In this document: piece by piece, positions 1-9,191 of the stretch
How positions within the stretch are numbered: position 1 is the stretch's first letter
How the letters are laid out: each line of letters begins with the position of its first letter
From: an uncultured Coriobacteriaceae bacterium
GTDB taxonomy: Bacteria > Actinomycetota > Coriobacteriia > Coriobacteriales > Atopobiaceae
Assembly (NCBI GenBank): GCA_902777325.1
Contig: CACYTH010000009.1
Coordinates: 24,819 to 88,818, forward strand
Direction: 5' to 3'
DNA: 64,000 bases
Translations under genes and position numbers: made by a program
Notes under the pieces: generated by a model
The model's database searches: none
What the model was told of the DNA's origin: nothing
The model's input: the letters and a program-made list of their open reading frames with translations, nothing else

Positions 1-669
1 GACAAATGACAGGCCGTAGGTGATCCCGCTCATGAGCTTTCGCCATTCGAAAAGCGAGCGCCACGTATCCCCCGGAGACACGAAAGCAATGTAGTAGTTG
101 ACGGCGTACACGGCCACTGTTGCCACCGCAAGTGCAGAGTCAGGGTGTTTCATGCGCACCAATGCTTTTCCCAGACAGGGAGTCAAAGCGACAAGTATGA
201 GGTACACCCATATAAACTGAAGACCCTGAGTGAGCCACCCGAAGCTATACATCGAGGCCGATGTTATGTCAGGCGCCATAGCCCCCACCGCAAGCGCAAT
301 CGCGACATAAGGCACAATCACAAGAAAGGCCCGCCCCACTCGGTGCGCCACGCCACGCGCTCCGCTTTTTCCTGCCGTCGCATTCCTCACAGCGCTAGGC
401 AGTAGAAAACATCCCGATATCATGATGAAGAAATGGTTGCCCCAGGCACCGAGTTGGTCGATGGTTCCCAGTATCCCCAGCATCGATGGACGCCAGAGCA
501 GCGACTCCGGTATTGCCAACCCAGTACAGGCAAACTCGAACCACGGCTGAAACGTGTGAAAGACAGCGATACCAAGCATCGCAACGATACGCAGCACTTC
601 TATAGAGAGAATGCGGGTCTTGGTACGTTTCTGTCCATCAAAAGCCACTACGTCACGTTCCTCATTCAT
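1..669 (-). CDS. acyltransferase family 3-like membrane protein, C-terminus cut by window edge
   Basis: Not in the ORF track because no stop lies in the window. Manual reverse-complement translation from ATG at 669-667 gives MNEERDVVAFDGQKRTKTRILSIEVLRIVAMLGIAVFHTFQPWF... It continues open and hydrophobic to position 1. The LRIVAMLGIAVFH N-terminal signature is typical of acyltransferase_3 proteins. The gene sits next to rfbC. Confidence 0.5.
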   Translation of the reverse strand, partial: MNEERDVVAFDGQKRTKTRILSIEVLRIVAMLGIAVFHTFQPWFEFACTGLAIPESLLWRPSMLGILGTIDQLGAWGNHFFIMISGCFLLPSAVRNATAGKSGARGVAHRVGRAFLVIVPYVAIALAVGAMAPDITSASMYSFGWLTQGLQFIWVYLILVALTPCLGKALVRMKHPDSALAVATVAVYAVNYYIAFVSPGDTWRSLFEWRKLMSGITYGLSFV

Positions 670-737
670 TGGTGGAGCGATGGGCAAAGGCACGATTGCG
701 TGCGCCGGACAGCGAGCGTCCCTCCGCCGCGCTCTTT

Positions 738-1349
738 CTATTTATCCCGGAGCTCGCTAAATGCCGAGTGATGCTTGTCCTTCTCGCTCAAGATGACCTG
801 CTCGCCAGGGATAAGAGGCCACTTGATCCCGATTTCCGGGTCATCCCAGCGGATGCCGCCTTCGTCATTGGGGTGGTACACGTCGTCGCACTTGTAGGCA
901 AAGACGGCGGTGTCGCTGAGCACATAGAAGCCGTGGGCAAACCCACGCGGAATAAAGAACTGCCGGTTGCTCTCGGCGGACAGGGTCACACCAGTCCAAG
1001 AACCATAGGTGGGACTGCCCTCCCTCAGGTCGACGGCAACGTCGAAGACCTCTCCCTGAATGACACGCACCAGCTTTGCTTGGGGGTGATTGATCTGGAA
1101 GTGCAGCCCACGCAGGACCCCTCGCACCGATGAAGACTGGTTGTCCTGGACAAACTCGACATCAATGCCACCGGCAACGAAATCCGGACACTTGTAGGTC
1201 TCCATGAAGTACCCGCGGGAATCGCCATAAGCGCGGCACTCCACGACTATGACCCCATCTATCTCGGTGGGGATAAACGTGAAATTGCCTGACGTTATGG
1301 GTTCCATTTGTCTCTCCGGGCTAATCGTGGGTGATGCGACAACATCCAT
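738..1349 (-). CDS. rfbC: dTDP-4-dehydrorhamnose 3,5-epimerase
   Basis: 203-aa ORF with RmlC cupin motifs: DSRGYFMETY, RGLHFQ, KLVRVIQGEVFDVAVDLR, FIPRGFAHGF. Confidence 0.9.
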   Translation of the reverse strand: MDVVASPTISPERQMEPITSGNFTFIPTEIDGVIVVECRAYGDSRGYFMETYKCPDFVAGGIDVEFVQDNQSSSVRGVLRGLHFQINHPQAKLVRVIQGEVFDVAVDLREGSPTYGSWTGVTLSAESNRQFFIPRGFAHGFYVLSDTAVFAYKCDDVYHPNDEGGIRWDDPEIGIKWPLIPGEQVILSEKDKHHSAFSELRDK

Positions 1350-1376
1350 AGTAGCAAGAATGCGACAGCGACACCT

Positions 1377-1479
1377 GCGGGCCTGTCGCGACCTCCCGGT
1401 TCGAGCCCATGGGAGCCCGCCGAAAAAAAAGCGCCCCTTGCCAGGGACGCCGGAGTTTATGGTGGAGATGAAGGGGCTC
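1377..1479 (-). repeat. distal copy of a ~103-bp direct repeat: tRNA-Ala 3' fragment (1460-1479), trailer/terminator copy (1418-1459), first 41 nt of the hairpin element (1377-1417)
   Basis: 1377-1479 matches 1536-1640 almost exactly. The only difference is the A-run: [16 protein letters not shown] gaaaaagaaaag. The copy ends exactly at the T-loop position of tRNA-Ala (...gaaggggctc). Confidence 0.85.
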
Positions 1480-1576
1480 CCGCGCCGCCTACGGCGGCGC
1501 TCGTGGGGTTCGCTGCGCTCACCCCGCGACAGGCCGCGGGCCTGTCGCGACCTCCCGGTTCGAGCCCATGGGAGCC
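1480..1576 (-). repeat. tRNA-linked hairpin-rich element, Ala-locus copy (97 nt)
   Basis: Read in tRNA orientation: ggctcccatgggctcgaaccgggagg-tc-GCGACAGGCCcgcGGCCTGTCGC-GGGGtgagcgcagcgaaCCCC-acga-GCGCCGCCgtaGGCGGCGC-gg. It is homologous to 33094-33191 and shares a 38-nt identical block (gtcgcggggtgagcgcagcgaaccccacgagcgccgcc). It is more distantly related to 46802-46889. Confidence 0.8.
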
Positions 1577-1620
1577 CGCCGAAAAAGAAAAGCGCCCCTT
1601 GCCAGGGACGCCGGAGTTTA

Positions 1621-1696
1621 TGGTGGAGATGAAGGGGCTCGAACCCTCGGCCTCAGGCTTGCAAAGCCCGCGCTCTCCCAGCTGAGCTACATCCCC
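1621..1696 (-). tRNA. tRNA-Ala (anticodon TGC)
   Basis: The reverse complement folds as a cloverleaf. It has the GGGGATG/CATCTCC acceptor with the G3:U70 Ala identity pair, anticodon loop TTTGCAA, T-loop GGTTCGAGCCCC and an encoded CCA. Confidence 0.95.
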
Positions 1697-1776
1697 GTAT
1701 GATGCGATCCACCTTTCGTAATAACCGCCCCAGCGGCGACTCGGCTAGCGCTGGGGCGGTTATTCACAAAGAAAAG

Positions 1777-1853
1777 TGGTGGGCCTGACAAGGTTCGAAC
1801 TTGTGACCTCCCGGTTATCAGCCGGACGCTCTGACCAACTGAGCTACAGGCCC
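1777..1853 (-). tRNA. tRNA-Ile (anticodon GAT)
   Basis: Reverse complement is gggcctgtagctcagttggtcagagc...ccggCTGATAAccgg...ggttcgaacc...caggcccacca. Cloverleaf with anticodon loop CTGATAA and encoded CCA. Confidence 0.95.
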
Positions 1854-2037
1854 AACGCGAGAACTAATAATACACAGACGACCCCATTAGGTCAAGAAGA
1901 ATTTTGAGAACTTCTTTCACCTCTTTTGGAGGGCTTTCTACAGACCAATGCCCTCCAAATCGGCTCCTCCCGTTGCGCTCCGATGGCGTTTTTCCTATCA
2001 TGCGCTCTTGTCTTACGAGGAGGTCGCATTGGTACGC

Positions 2038-2526
2038 ATGGACATACAGACCGTTGTCATGGGAAGCCTGCAGATGTCTTCTCTCGTGGTTCTCAAGAAG
2101 CACGACGAGAACGGCCCTCAGATTCACCTTCCCATACGGATTGGACCCATCGAGGCCGCAGCCATCACGGCGAGCATCGAGGACCGCAAGTCTCTGCGCC
2201 CACTCACTCACGACCTGCTCTCCAGCGTGATCGATTCTCTGGGCGCCCGCCTCGCCTCCATCTGCATCGTCGACGTGCGCGGAACGACCTTCTACGCCAC
2301 GTTGCAGCTTGTCAGAAGCGACGGATCGCGGACGGATGTGGACTGCCGCCCGTCGGATGCCATTGCGCTCGCCCTACGCTGTGGCGCGCCCATATTTGCC
2401 CGCGAGCACGTCCTCAGCACAGCCACCATGCCCGACTTCCAGACGGTCGAGCAGGATAACGAGGAGCGCGAGTTCCAGGCCTTCCATGACTTTGTGGAGA
2501 ACCTGAGCCCCGAGGACTTCGCCTAA
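2038..2526 (+). CDS. bifunctional nuclease family protein (DUF151-like)
   Basis: Motifs LPIRIGPIEAAAI, RPLTHDLL, TFYATL and RPSDAIALALR are typical of DUF151 nucleases. The track ORF starts at 1948. ATG 2038 (or TTG 2029, just after GAGGAGG at 2017-2023) fits homologs better, so the start is uncertain. Confidence 0.75.
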   Translation: MDIQTVVMGSLQMSSLVVLKKHDENGPQIHLPIRIGPIEAAAITASIEDRKSLRPLTHDLLSSVIDSLGARLASICIVDVRGTTFYATLQLVRSDGSRTDVDCRPSDAIALALRCGAPIFAREHVLSTATMPDFQTVEQDNEEREFQAFHDFVENLSPEDFA

Positions 2527-2616
2527 GAATCCGCCCGACAGCTGATGATGGACAGATAAAGCAACGTGCCCTCGCAGCTACCTGCGAGGGCACGTCTCAT
2601 GCTCTGTGGTATGGGG

Positions 2617-5412
2617 CTACTCGTCGATCAGGGTCTCGTCGAGTACCTCCTCACCTCCGATGTCGATGGGGTCGTCCTCGGAGGGAACGCCCAGCTCGAG
2701 GGCACCCTGCATCGGGTTGACGCGGGCGGCCTTCTTCTTGTGGACCACCATGCGCGCAACGGCACCGACGTGATCGGTCTCGCCGAGGTTCATGACCTTG
2801 ACACCCTGGGTCGAGCGTCCCAGCTTGGAGATGTCAGAGGACTTGACGCGAATGACCACGCCCTCCTCGGAAACGATCATCAGCTCGTGCTGTGGGCCAA
2901 CCACGCGGCACGCGACAAGGTTGCCCTTGCGCTGCGTCATCGCGATGGTGTACACGCCCTGGCCGCCGCGCTTGTGCTCGGGGTACTCGGAGACGGGCGT
3001 ACGCTTGCCGTAGCCCTTCTCGGTAATAACAAACAGGTCACCATTGCCGTTGGAGATCTCCATGCCAAGCATGGTCGCGCCATCCTTGAGGGTGATGCCG
3101 CGCACGCCGGAGGTTGCCCTGCCGGTGGGCCTGATCTCGGACTCGTCGAAGAGGATGGCCTTGCCGTGGCTGGAGCAGAGAATGACCTTCTCGTTCTTCT
3201 TGACGCGGCGCACGTTGACCAGCTCGTCACCCTTCTTGAGGTTGATGGCGATGAGGCCGTCGCGACGGGTCTTGTCGTAGTCGCTCATGGCCGTCTTCTT
3301 GACCATGCCGCTCTTGGTGGCAAACAGCAGGTACTCGTCCTCGGGGAAGCTGCGGCAGGTGATGACGGCCGTGGGATGCTCGCCCTCGTCGAACTGCAGG
3401 ACGTTGACGAGCGCCGAGCCACGCGAGTAGCGCGTGCCGGTGGGCAGCTCATGCACCTTGACGCGATAGACCTTGCCCTTGTTGGTGAAGAAGAGCACGA
3501 AATCATGTGTGGAGGCAACAAAGAGGTCCTCGACGAAGTCGTTGTCCTTGAGCGAGAGGCCCTGGATACCCTTGCCGCCGCGCTTCTGGGAGCGATAGGT
3601 GACCACAGGCAGGCGCTTGACGTAGCCGGCATGCGTACAGGTGATGACCATGTCCTCCTCGGCAATGAGGTCCTCGACGTCGAGGTCCTCTGCTGCGACG
3701 CCCGTGATCTGCGTGCGACGCTTGTTGCCAAAGCGCTGGCCGATTGCACCAAGCTCGTCCTTGATGACGCCGAGGATCTTCTCGGGATGCTCGAGCAGGT
3801 CGCGATAGTAGGCAATCTGCTCGTGCAGGGCTGTGATCTGGCCCACGAGCTCGTCGCGCGCCAGGCCAGTCAGGCGCCTCAGGCGCATCTGCAGGATTGC
3901 CTCGCCCTGGATGTCGTCGATGCCAAAGCGCTCGTGCATGCGTGCCTTTGCCTCGGCGTCGTCACGACTCGAGCGGATGATGTGCACGACCTCATCGATG
4001 TTGTCGACAGCAATGAGAAGGCCTTCGAGGATGTGGACGCGCTTGAGTGCCTTGTCCAGGTCAAACTGCGTACGACGGGTGACTACGTCGACCTGGTGGT
4101 CGATGTAGTGGCGCAGCATCTCGGGCAGGCTGAGCGTGCGGGGTACGCCGTCGACAAGCGCAAGGTCGATGACGCCAAAGTTGGCCTGGAGCTGCGTGCG
4201 CTTGTACAGGTTGTTGAGCACCACCTGCGGCACGGCGCCACTCTTGAGGTCGATGACGATGCGCATGCCCTTGCGGTTGGACTCGTCGCGCATGTCGGAG
4301 ATGCCCTCGATGTGCTTCTCGTTGACCTGCTGGGCGATACGCTCCTGCAGCGTGCCCTTGTTGACCTGATAGGGAATCTCGGTCACCACGAGGCGCTGGC
4401 GGCTGCCCTTGCCGATGTTCTCGACATGGACCTTTGCGCGCACGGTGATGGTGCCACGACCGGTCTCGTAAGCCTCGCGGATGCCGTCGGTGCCCATGAT
4501 GATGCCACCAGTGGGGAAGTCCGGGCCAGGCAGGACCTTCATGAGGTCGTCCACCGTGGCGTCGGGGTTGTCGATCATCATGTTGACGGCCGCGATAACC
4601 TCGTTCAGGTTGTGGGGCGGGATGTTGGTGGCCATGCCAACCGCGATACCCGACGAGCCGTTGACCAGGAGGTTGGGGAAGCGTGCAGGCAGCACGGCGG
4701 GTTCGGAGAGAGACTCGTCGTAGTTGGGCTGCAGGTCGACCGTCTCCTTGTCGAGGTCACGGAGCATCTCCATGGCGGCATAGGTCAGGCGGCTCTCCGT
4801 GTAACGCATGGCCGCCGGGGGATCGCCATCGATGGAGCCGAAGTTACCGTGGCCGTCGACGAGCGGCAGGCGCATGGAGAAGTCCTGGGCCATACGGACC
4901 ATGGAGTCGTAGATTGCGGCATCTCCGTGCGGATGGTACTTGCCCATGACTTCGCCGACCGTCCACGCACTCTTCTTGTGCGGGCGGCTCGGAACGATGT
5001 GGGCCTCGTTCATGGCATAGAGGATGCGCCTGTGCACGGGCTTGAGGCCGTCGCGCACGTCAGGCAGGGCTCGGGCGACGATGACCGACATCGAGTACTC
5101 GAGGAAGGAGGTCTTCATCTCCTGGCTCATCTCGATGGGCTTGAGCGCGCCGCCGTGGATGTCGGTAAGGTCGAGACGGGTGCCCGCCTCGTCCGAGATG
5201 GTGTGGGAGAGGGAGGCGCCGGCGAGGTTGCGCTCGGGGACTACCGGGTCTCCGTACTCGTCGTACTCGACCTCCTCGTCCTCGTCTGAGTCCTCGGCGT
5301 CATCGCCGTCGAAGATCTCGTCGATCTCGTCGGAGGCGTCGTCCTCTATCTCCTGGTCGAGGTCGTCGCGCTCGGCGTCGTCGTCAAACAGGTCGTTATC
5401 GTTATCAGCCAT
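2617..5412 (-). CDS. gyrA: DNA gyrase subunit A, with ~95-aa acidic N-terminal extension
   Basis: 931 aa. Motifs: [23 protein letters not shown], the GyrA box region and C-terminal beta-pinwheel repeats. A GAAGGA RBS precedes ATG 5412, 41 nt after the gyrB stop. Confidence 0.95.
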   Translation of the reverse strand: MADNDNDLFDDDAERDDLDQEIEDDASDEIDEIFDGDDAEDSDEDEEVEYDEYGDPVVPERNLAGASLSHTISDEAGTRLDLTDIHGGALKPIEMSQEMKTSFLEYSMSVIVARALPDVRDGLKPVHRRILYAMNEAHIVPSRPHKKSAWTVGEVMGKYHPHGDAAIYDSMVRMAQDFSMRLPLVDGHGNFGSIDGDPPAAMRYTESRLTYAAMEMLRDLDKETVDLQPNYDESLSEPAVLPARFPNLLVNGSSGIAVGMATNIPPHNLNEVIAAVNMMIDNPDATVDDLMKVLPGPDFPTGGIIMGTDGIREAYETGRGTITVRAKVHVENIGKGSRQRLVVTEIPYQVNKGTLQERIAQQVNEKHIEGISDMRDESNRKGMRIVIDLKSGAVPQVVLNNLYKRTQLQANFGVIDLALVDGVPRTLSLPEMLRHYIDHQVDVVTRRTQFDLDKALKRVHILEGLLIAVDNIDEVVHIIRSSRDDAEAKARMHERFGIDDIQGEAILQMRLRRLTGLARDELVGQITALHEQIAYYRDLLEHPEKILGVIKDELGAIGQRFGNKRRTQITGVAAEDLDVEDLIAEEDMVITCTHAGYVKRLPVVTYRSQKRGGKGIQGLSLKDNDFVEDLFVASTHDFVLFFTNKGKVYRVKVHELPTGTRYSRGSALVNVLQFDEGEHPTAVITCRSFPEDEYLLFATKSGMVKKTAMSDYDKTRRDGLIAINLKKGDELVNVRRVKKNEKVILCSSHGKAILFDESEIRPTGRATSGVRGITLKDGATMLGMEISNGNGDLFVITEKGYGKRTPVSEYPEHKRGGQGVYTIAMTQRKGNLVACRVVGPQHELMIVSEEGVVIRVKSSDISKLGRSTQGVKVMNLGETDHVGAVARMVVHKKKAARVNPMQGALELGVPSEDDPIDIGGEEVLDETLIDE

Positions 5413-5453
5413 ATCAATCCTTCTGATGTGGTCGGGTTACTCCATGCGAAGGG

Positions 5454-7406
5454 CTAGATGTCCAGGAAGCGCACGTCCTTGGCGTGCGTCTGAATGAAGC
5501 TGCGGCGCTTCTCAACCTGGTTGCCCATCAGGTTTGCGACGGCGCGGTCGGCCGCCAGGGCGTCCTCGATGGTCACGCGCAGCATGATGCGGTTCTTGGG
5601 CTCCATGGTGGTTGCCCACAGCTGCTCGGGGTCCATCTCGCCAAGGCCCTTGTAGCGCTGCACGGTGTACTTGGTGGAGTCCTCGAACTTTGCCGCCTCG
5701 AGAGCAAGCTCCTCGTCGGTGTAGAGGTACTTGCCGTTCTTCTTGCCCTTGGGCTTGAGCTGGTACAGCGGCGGCTGGGCGACGTAGATGTAGCCCGCGT
5801 CGATCATCGGCTTCATGTAGCGATAGAAGAAGGTGAGCAGCAGGATGCGGATGTGCGCACCGTCGACGTCTGCATCGGTCATGATCACGATCTTGTGATA
5901 GCGAGCCTTCGAGATGTCGAACTCGGGGCCGATGCCCGTGCCGATGGCAGTGATGAGCGAGGTGATGGTGTCCGACGAGAGGGCACGATGCTCCTGCACG
6001 CGCTCGACGTTCAGGATCTTGCCGCGCAGGGGCAGTACGGCCTGGATGGAGCGGTCACGCGCCATCTTGGCGGATCCACCTGCGGAGTCACCCTCTACGA
6101 TGAAGAGCTCGGTCATCTCGGCATCGCGCACCGAGCAGTCTGCTAGCTTGCCAGGGAGGCTCGCGCTCTCGAGCAGGCCCTTGCGGCGGGTTGCCTGACG
6201 CGCCTTCTGGGCGGCCATGCGGCCCTTGGCGGCCTGGTTGGCCTTCTTGAAGATCTCCTTGGCCTGGTTGGGATGCTCCTCGAGGTACTCTGCCATGCCC
6301 TGCGCGACCACCTTGTTGGTGAGGGTGCGCATGTAGGAGTTGCCGAGCTTTGCCTTGGTCTGGCCCTCGAACTGCGGGTCGGGGAGCTTGACCGATATGA
6401 CGGCCGTCATGCCCTCGCGGATGTCATCGCCCGTGAGGTTGGCCTCCTTCTCCTTGAGAAGCTTGTGCGAGCGGGCGTAGTCGTTGATGGTCTTGGTGAC
6501 AGCCGCGCGGAAGCCTTCGAGGTGCATGCCGCCCTCGTCGGTGTAGATGTCATTCGCAAAGCTCATGACCGTTCCCGAGAAGGTGGTGTTCCACTGCATG
6601 GCAACCTCGACCTCGCCCTTCTGGTCGGCGGGGGCATCGGGAGCGGAGGCTCCACTGATGTAGACGGGATTGCGGTCCATGCCGGGCAGGACGGTCTTCT
6701 CCTCGTTGAGGAACTTCACGAAGTCGACGATGCCGCCGGAGTAGCAGAACTCCGCCACGCGCGGCTGGAGCTCGCGCTCGTCGGTCAGCGTGATCTTGAG
6801 GTTCTTGTTGAGGAACGCCGTCTCCTGCAGGTGATCATGCAGGGTGTCGAAGTCATAGACGGTGGTCTCGAAGATCATGTCGTCGGGCCAGAAGGTGATG
6901 GTGGTGCCGGTGGCCTTGCTCTTGCCCACCTGCTCCATCTTGCGCACCGTCTTGCCTCGCGAGAATTCCATCTCGTACACGCCGCCGTCGCGCTTGACAC
7001 GGGCGATGAGCTTCTTAGAGAGGGCGTTGACGACGCTCACGCCGACGCCGTGCAGGCCGCCGGACACCTTGTAGGCGTCGTTGTCGAACTTGCCACCAGC
7101 ATGCAGCACCGTGAGAACCACCTCGAGGGTGGGGATGCGCTTTTGCGGATGGCGCGCCACGGGAATGCCACGGCCGTTGTCCTCGACGGTGATCGAGTTG
7201 TCGGCGTGAACCGTGACCTTGATGCGCGTGCAGAACCCCGCCATGGCCTCGTCGACAGAGTTGTCCACGACCTCCCACACCAGATGGTGCAGACCCGAGG
7301 AGCTCGTGGAACCGATGTACATGCCCGGGCGCTTGCGCACCGGGTCAAGTCCCTCAAGAACCTTGATGCTCGAAGCCTCGTAGGAGTTGTTGCTCTTCTT
7401 TGCCAC
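5454..7406 (-). CDS. gyrB: DNA gyrase subunit B
   Basis: Motifs: LEGLDPVRKRPGMYIGS, GGLHGVG, EGDSAGG, PLRGKILNVE, IMTDADVDGAHI. Preferred start is GTG 7406, preceded by AAGGAG. The track ATG at 7511 adds 35 non-homologous residues. Confidence 0.95.
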   Translation of the reverse strand: MAKKSNNSYEASSIKVLEGLDPVRKRPGMYIGSTSSSGLHHLVWEVVDNSVDEAMAGFCTRIKVTVHADNSITVEDNGRGIPVARHPQKRIPTLEVVLTVLHAGGKFDNDAYKVSGGLHGVGVSVVNALSKKLIARVKRDGGVYEMEFSRGKTVRKMEQVGKSKATGTTITFWPDDMIFETTVYDFDTLHDHLQETAFLNKNLKITLTDERELQPRVAEFCYSGGIVDFVKFLNEEKTVLPGMDRNPVYISGASAPDAPADQKGEVEVAMQWNTTFSGTVMSFANDIYTDEGGMHLEGFRAAVTKTINDYARSHKLLKEKEANLTGDDIREGMTAVISVKLPDPQFEGQTKAKLGNSYMRTLTNKVVAQGMAEYLEEHPNQAKEIFKKANQAAKGRMAAQKARQATRRKGLLESASLPGKLADCSVRDAEMTELFIVEGDSAGGSAKMARDRSIQAVLPLRGKILNVERVQEHRALSSDTITSLITAIGTGIGPEFDISKARYHKIVIMTDADVDGAHIRILLLTFFYRYMKPMIDAGYIYVAQPPLYQLKPKGKKNGKYLYTDEELALEAAKFEDSTKYTVQRYKGLGEMDPEQLWATTMEPKNRIMLRVTIEDALAADRAVANLMGNQVEKRRSFIQTHAKDVRFLDI

Positions 7407-7572
7407 GTTTCTCCTTACGTTATGCTGCCTCAGACTAATGTAAGTGCAGCTATCATATATGTGCAGCCGTACGATTGTACTACAGCGCCTGTTTTGCTTC
7501 AGCCCAAACAAAACACGCCGTCTAAACTGTGTTCAAACTTCATATGAGACGCTCAGAGGCCTAAATTCAGCG

Positions 7573-8106
7573 TTATCTGTCGTTTTGCGTCTTTTCTAAC
7601 TTTTCCCGCTTCTTTGACAATACAACGGCCTTATATGCTGTCGTCTTCAGTGGTTCGGGGAGGTTGGAGACTAGATTCTCGGCCTCTTCGAGCTCCTTTG
7701 CGTCAAGCTCGGGAAGCTCGAACGGAGCCTGCTCGGCCTCCTTGCGACGAGTGCGCGCCGCATGGTACCCGGCGCGCGACGGGATGAACTCTATCCCCGA
7801 CACGTTGAAGCCCACGTTTGCCAGACGTGCGAGATAGATGTCCTTGTTGACGCCAAAGTCGGTGACCATCGCATGGGAGTCGACATACACGCCGAGCACC
7901 GGCGCTGCACCTGCCACACGGGCCTTCTTGAGAAAGACTCCCGTGGTGTGGTTGCGCTCGCGGTCTCCGTTTGCGCGATACCACGCCGCCGCAGCGCGCT
8001 GGTTTGCCGACATATGCGCAGACATCTGCCCGTCAACGACCTCGTGCATCAGCGACGAGAGATCCTCTGGCGGCTTGGCCTCAAACTCGAGCTCCCATTC
8101 ATTCAC
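7573..8106 (-). CDS. DUF721/DciA-like protein
   Basis: 177-aa ORF in the conserved recF-gyrB slot occupied by DUF721 in actinobacteria. GTG start overlaps the recF stop (GTGAATGA). Assignment rests on position and size only. Confidence 0.6.
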   Translation of the reverse strand: MNEWELEFEAKPPEDLSSLMHEVVDGQMSAHMSANQRAAAAWYRANGDRERNHTTGVFLKKARVAGAAPVLGVYVDSHAMVTDFGVNKDIYLARLANVGFNVSGIEFIPSRAGYHAARTRRKEAEQAPFELPELDAKELEEAENLVSNLPEPLKTTAYKAVVLSKKREKLEKTQNDR

Positions 8107-9187
8107 CGATGCTCACCACCTCGGAGGCGGCCAGAAGGTCCTCGGGGAAGTAGCCGAGGTTGGTGGTGGTCACCACGGTCTGGATGCCCTTCTGCACGAA
8201 GCTCACCACCGCCGCGCGACGCTGCTCGTCGAGCTCGCTCATGACGTCGTCAAGCAGGAGTAGCGGTTGCTCGCCCAGTATCTCGGCCGAAAGCTCGACC
8301 TCCGCCATCTTCCAGGCCAAGACCACCGAACGCTGCTGCCCCTGGCTCCCGAAGGTGCGTGCAGCGCGACCGTCGATCGTGAAGGTGAAGTCGTCGCGGT
8401 GGGGGCCGACAAGCGTCTGCTGGCGGCGGAGATCGTCCGCGCGCCCCTGTGCCAGGCGTTCGAGATAGCGCGCAGTCAGCTCGTCGCGTGCCATGCCCAT
8501 CACGTCGTCTCCCAAGGAGCACTCGTAGCTGCAGCGGAGCTCCTCCCCATCGCAGATCTGCGCATAGACCTCGCTGACCTTGGGCACAAGCCGCTCGAAG
8601 AGGCGCAGCCGGGCCAAAAGCAGGGTTGCCCCTCCAAGGGCCACCGAGGCATCCCACGCATCGAGCAGGGCGAGGTTTGGCACGTCCTCCTTGAGGAGAC
8701 GGTTGCGCTGGTCGACCGCCCGCTGGTAGGCCGCGAGCACCTTGGCAAACCCACGGTTTGCCTGGCGCCCGAAGGCGTCGAGCTCACCCCGACGCTGAGA
8801 GGCGCCCCTTTTGACGAAGGCGAGGTCGTCCGGGTTGAAGAGCACCGACATCAGGGTCTCTGGCACGTCAGCCGACTGACAGGGCTTACCGTTGCGCCTG
8901 AACTTGCGCCGTGACCCCTCGACCAGACAGGCGACATCGATCACACGTCCATCTCCCCGCAGATGCATGGTCGCCTTGGCCGAGCTGGCACCCTCGCGCA
9001 CCAGCTCCACCGGACGGGGCTTTCTGAACGACGCGCCGGCCGTCAGGAGCTGCAGTGCCTCGACCGTGTTGGTCTTGCCCACCGCATTGTGGCCGTGCAA
9101 AACCGTCATGCCCGGCGCAAAGGATATGTCGCGCTGCTCGAAGTTGCGCCAGTCGCGCAACTCGAGCGTGGATACCAGAAGCCCCAC
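8099..9187 (-). CDS. recF: DNA replication/repair protein RecF
   Basis: Walker A GHNAVGKTN, signature region GSQGQQRS and Walker B LLLLDDVMSELD. Position is downstream of dnaN. Confidence 0.93.
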   Translation of the reverse strand: MGLLVSTLELRDWRNFEQRDISFAPGMTVLHGHNAVGKTNTVEALQLLTAGASFRKPRPVELVREGASSAKATMHLRGDGRVIDVACLVEGSRRKFRRNGKPCQSADVPETLMSVLFNPDDLAFVKRGASQRRGELDAFGRQANRGFAKVLAAYQRAVDQRNRLLKEDVPNLALLDAWDASVALGGATLLLARLRLFERLVPKVSEVYAQICDGEELRCSYECSLGDDVMGMARDELTARYLERLAQGRADDLRRQQTLVGPHRDDFTFTIDGRAARTFGSQGQQRSVVLAWKMAEVELSAEILGEQPLLLLDDVMSELDEQRRAAVVSFVQKGIQTVVTTTNLGYFPEDLLAASEVVSIGE

Positions 9188-9191
9188 GTGC

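Noticed and set aside
1249-1685. ORFs 1249-1632 and 1503-1685 with an internally repeated peptide
   Set aside because: The repeated peptide is just translation of the duplicated tRNA-Ala trailer/element DNA. The ORFs also overlap the tRNA gene.
1720-1764. Long hairpin AATAACCGCCCCAGC...GCTGGGGCGGTTATT between tRNA-Ile and tRNA-Ala as a terminator
   Set aside because: No U-tract follows on the transcribed (minus) strand. It is more likely a processing or spacer hairpin within an Ile-Ala co-transcript, so it is not called as a terminator.
2566-5289. 907-aa plus-strand ORF
   Set aside because: It lies exactly antisense to gyrA, which has unmistakable homology. Its A/L/V/G/D/H-rich composition is typical of shadow ORFs in GC-rich DNA, and it has no RBS.
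6273-7547. 424-aa plus-strand ORF
   Set aside because: Antisense shadow of gyrB.
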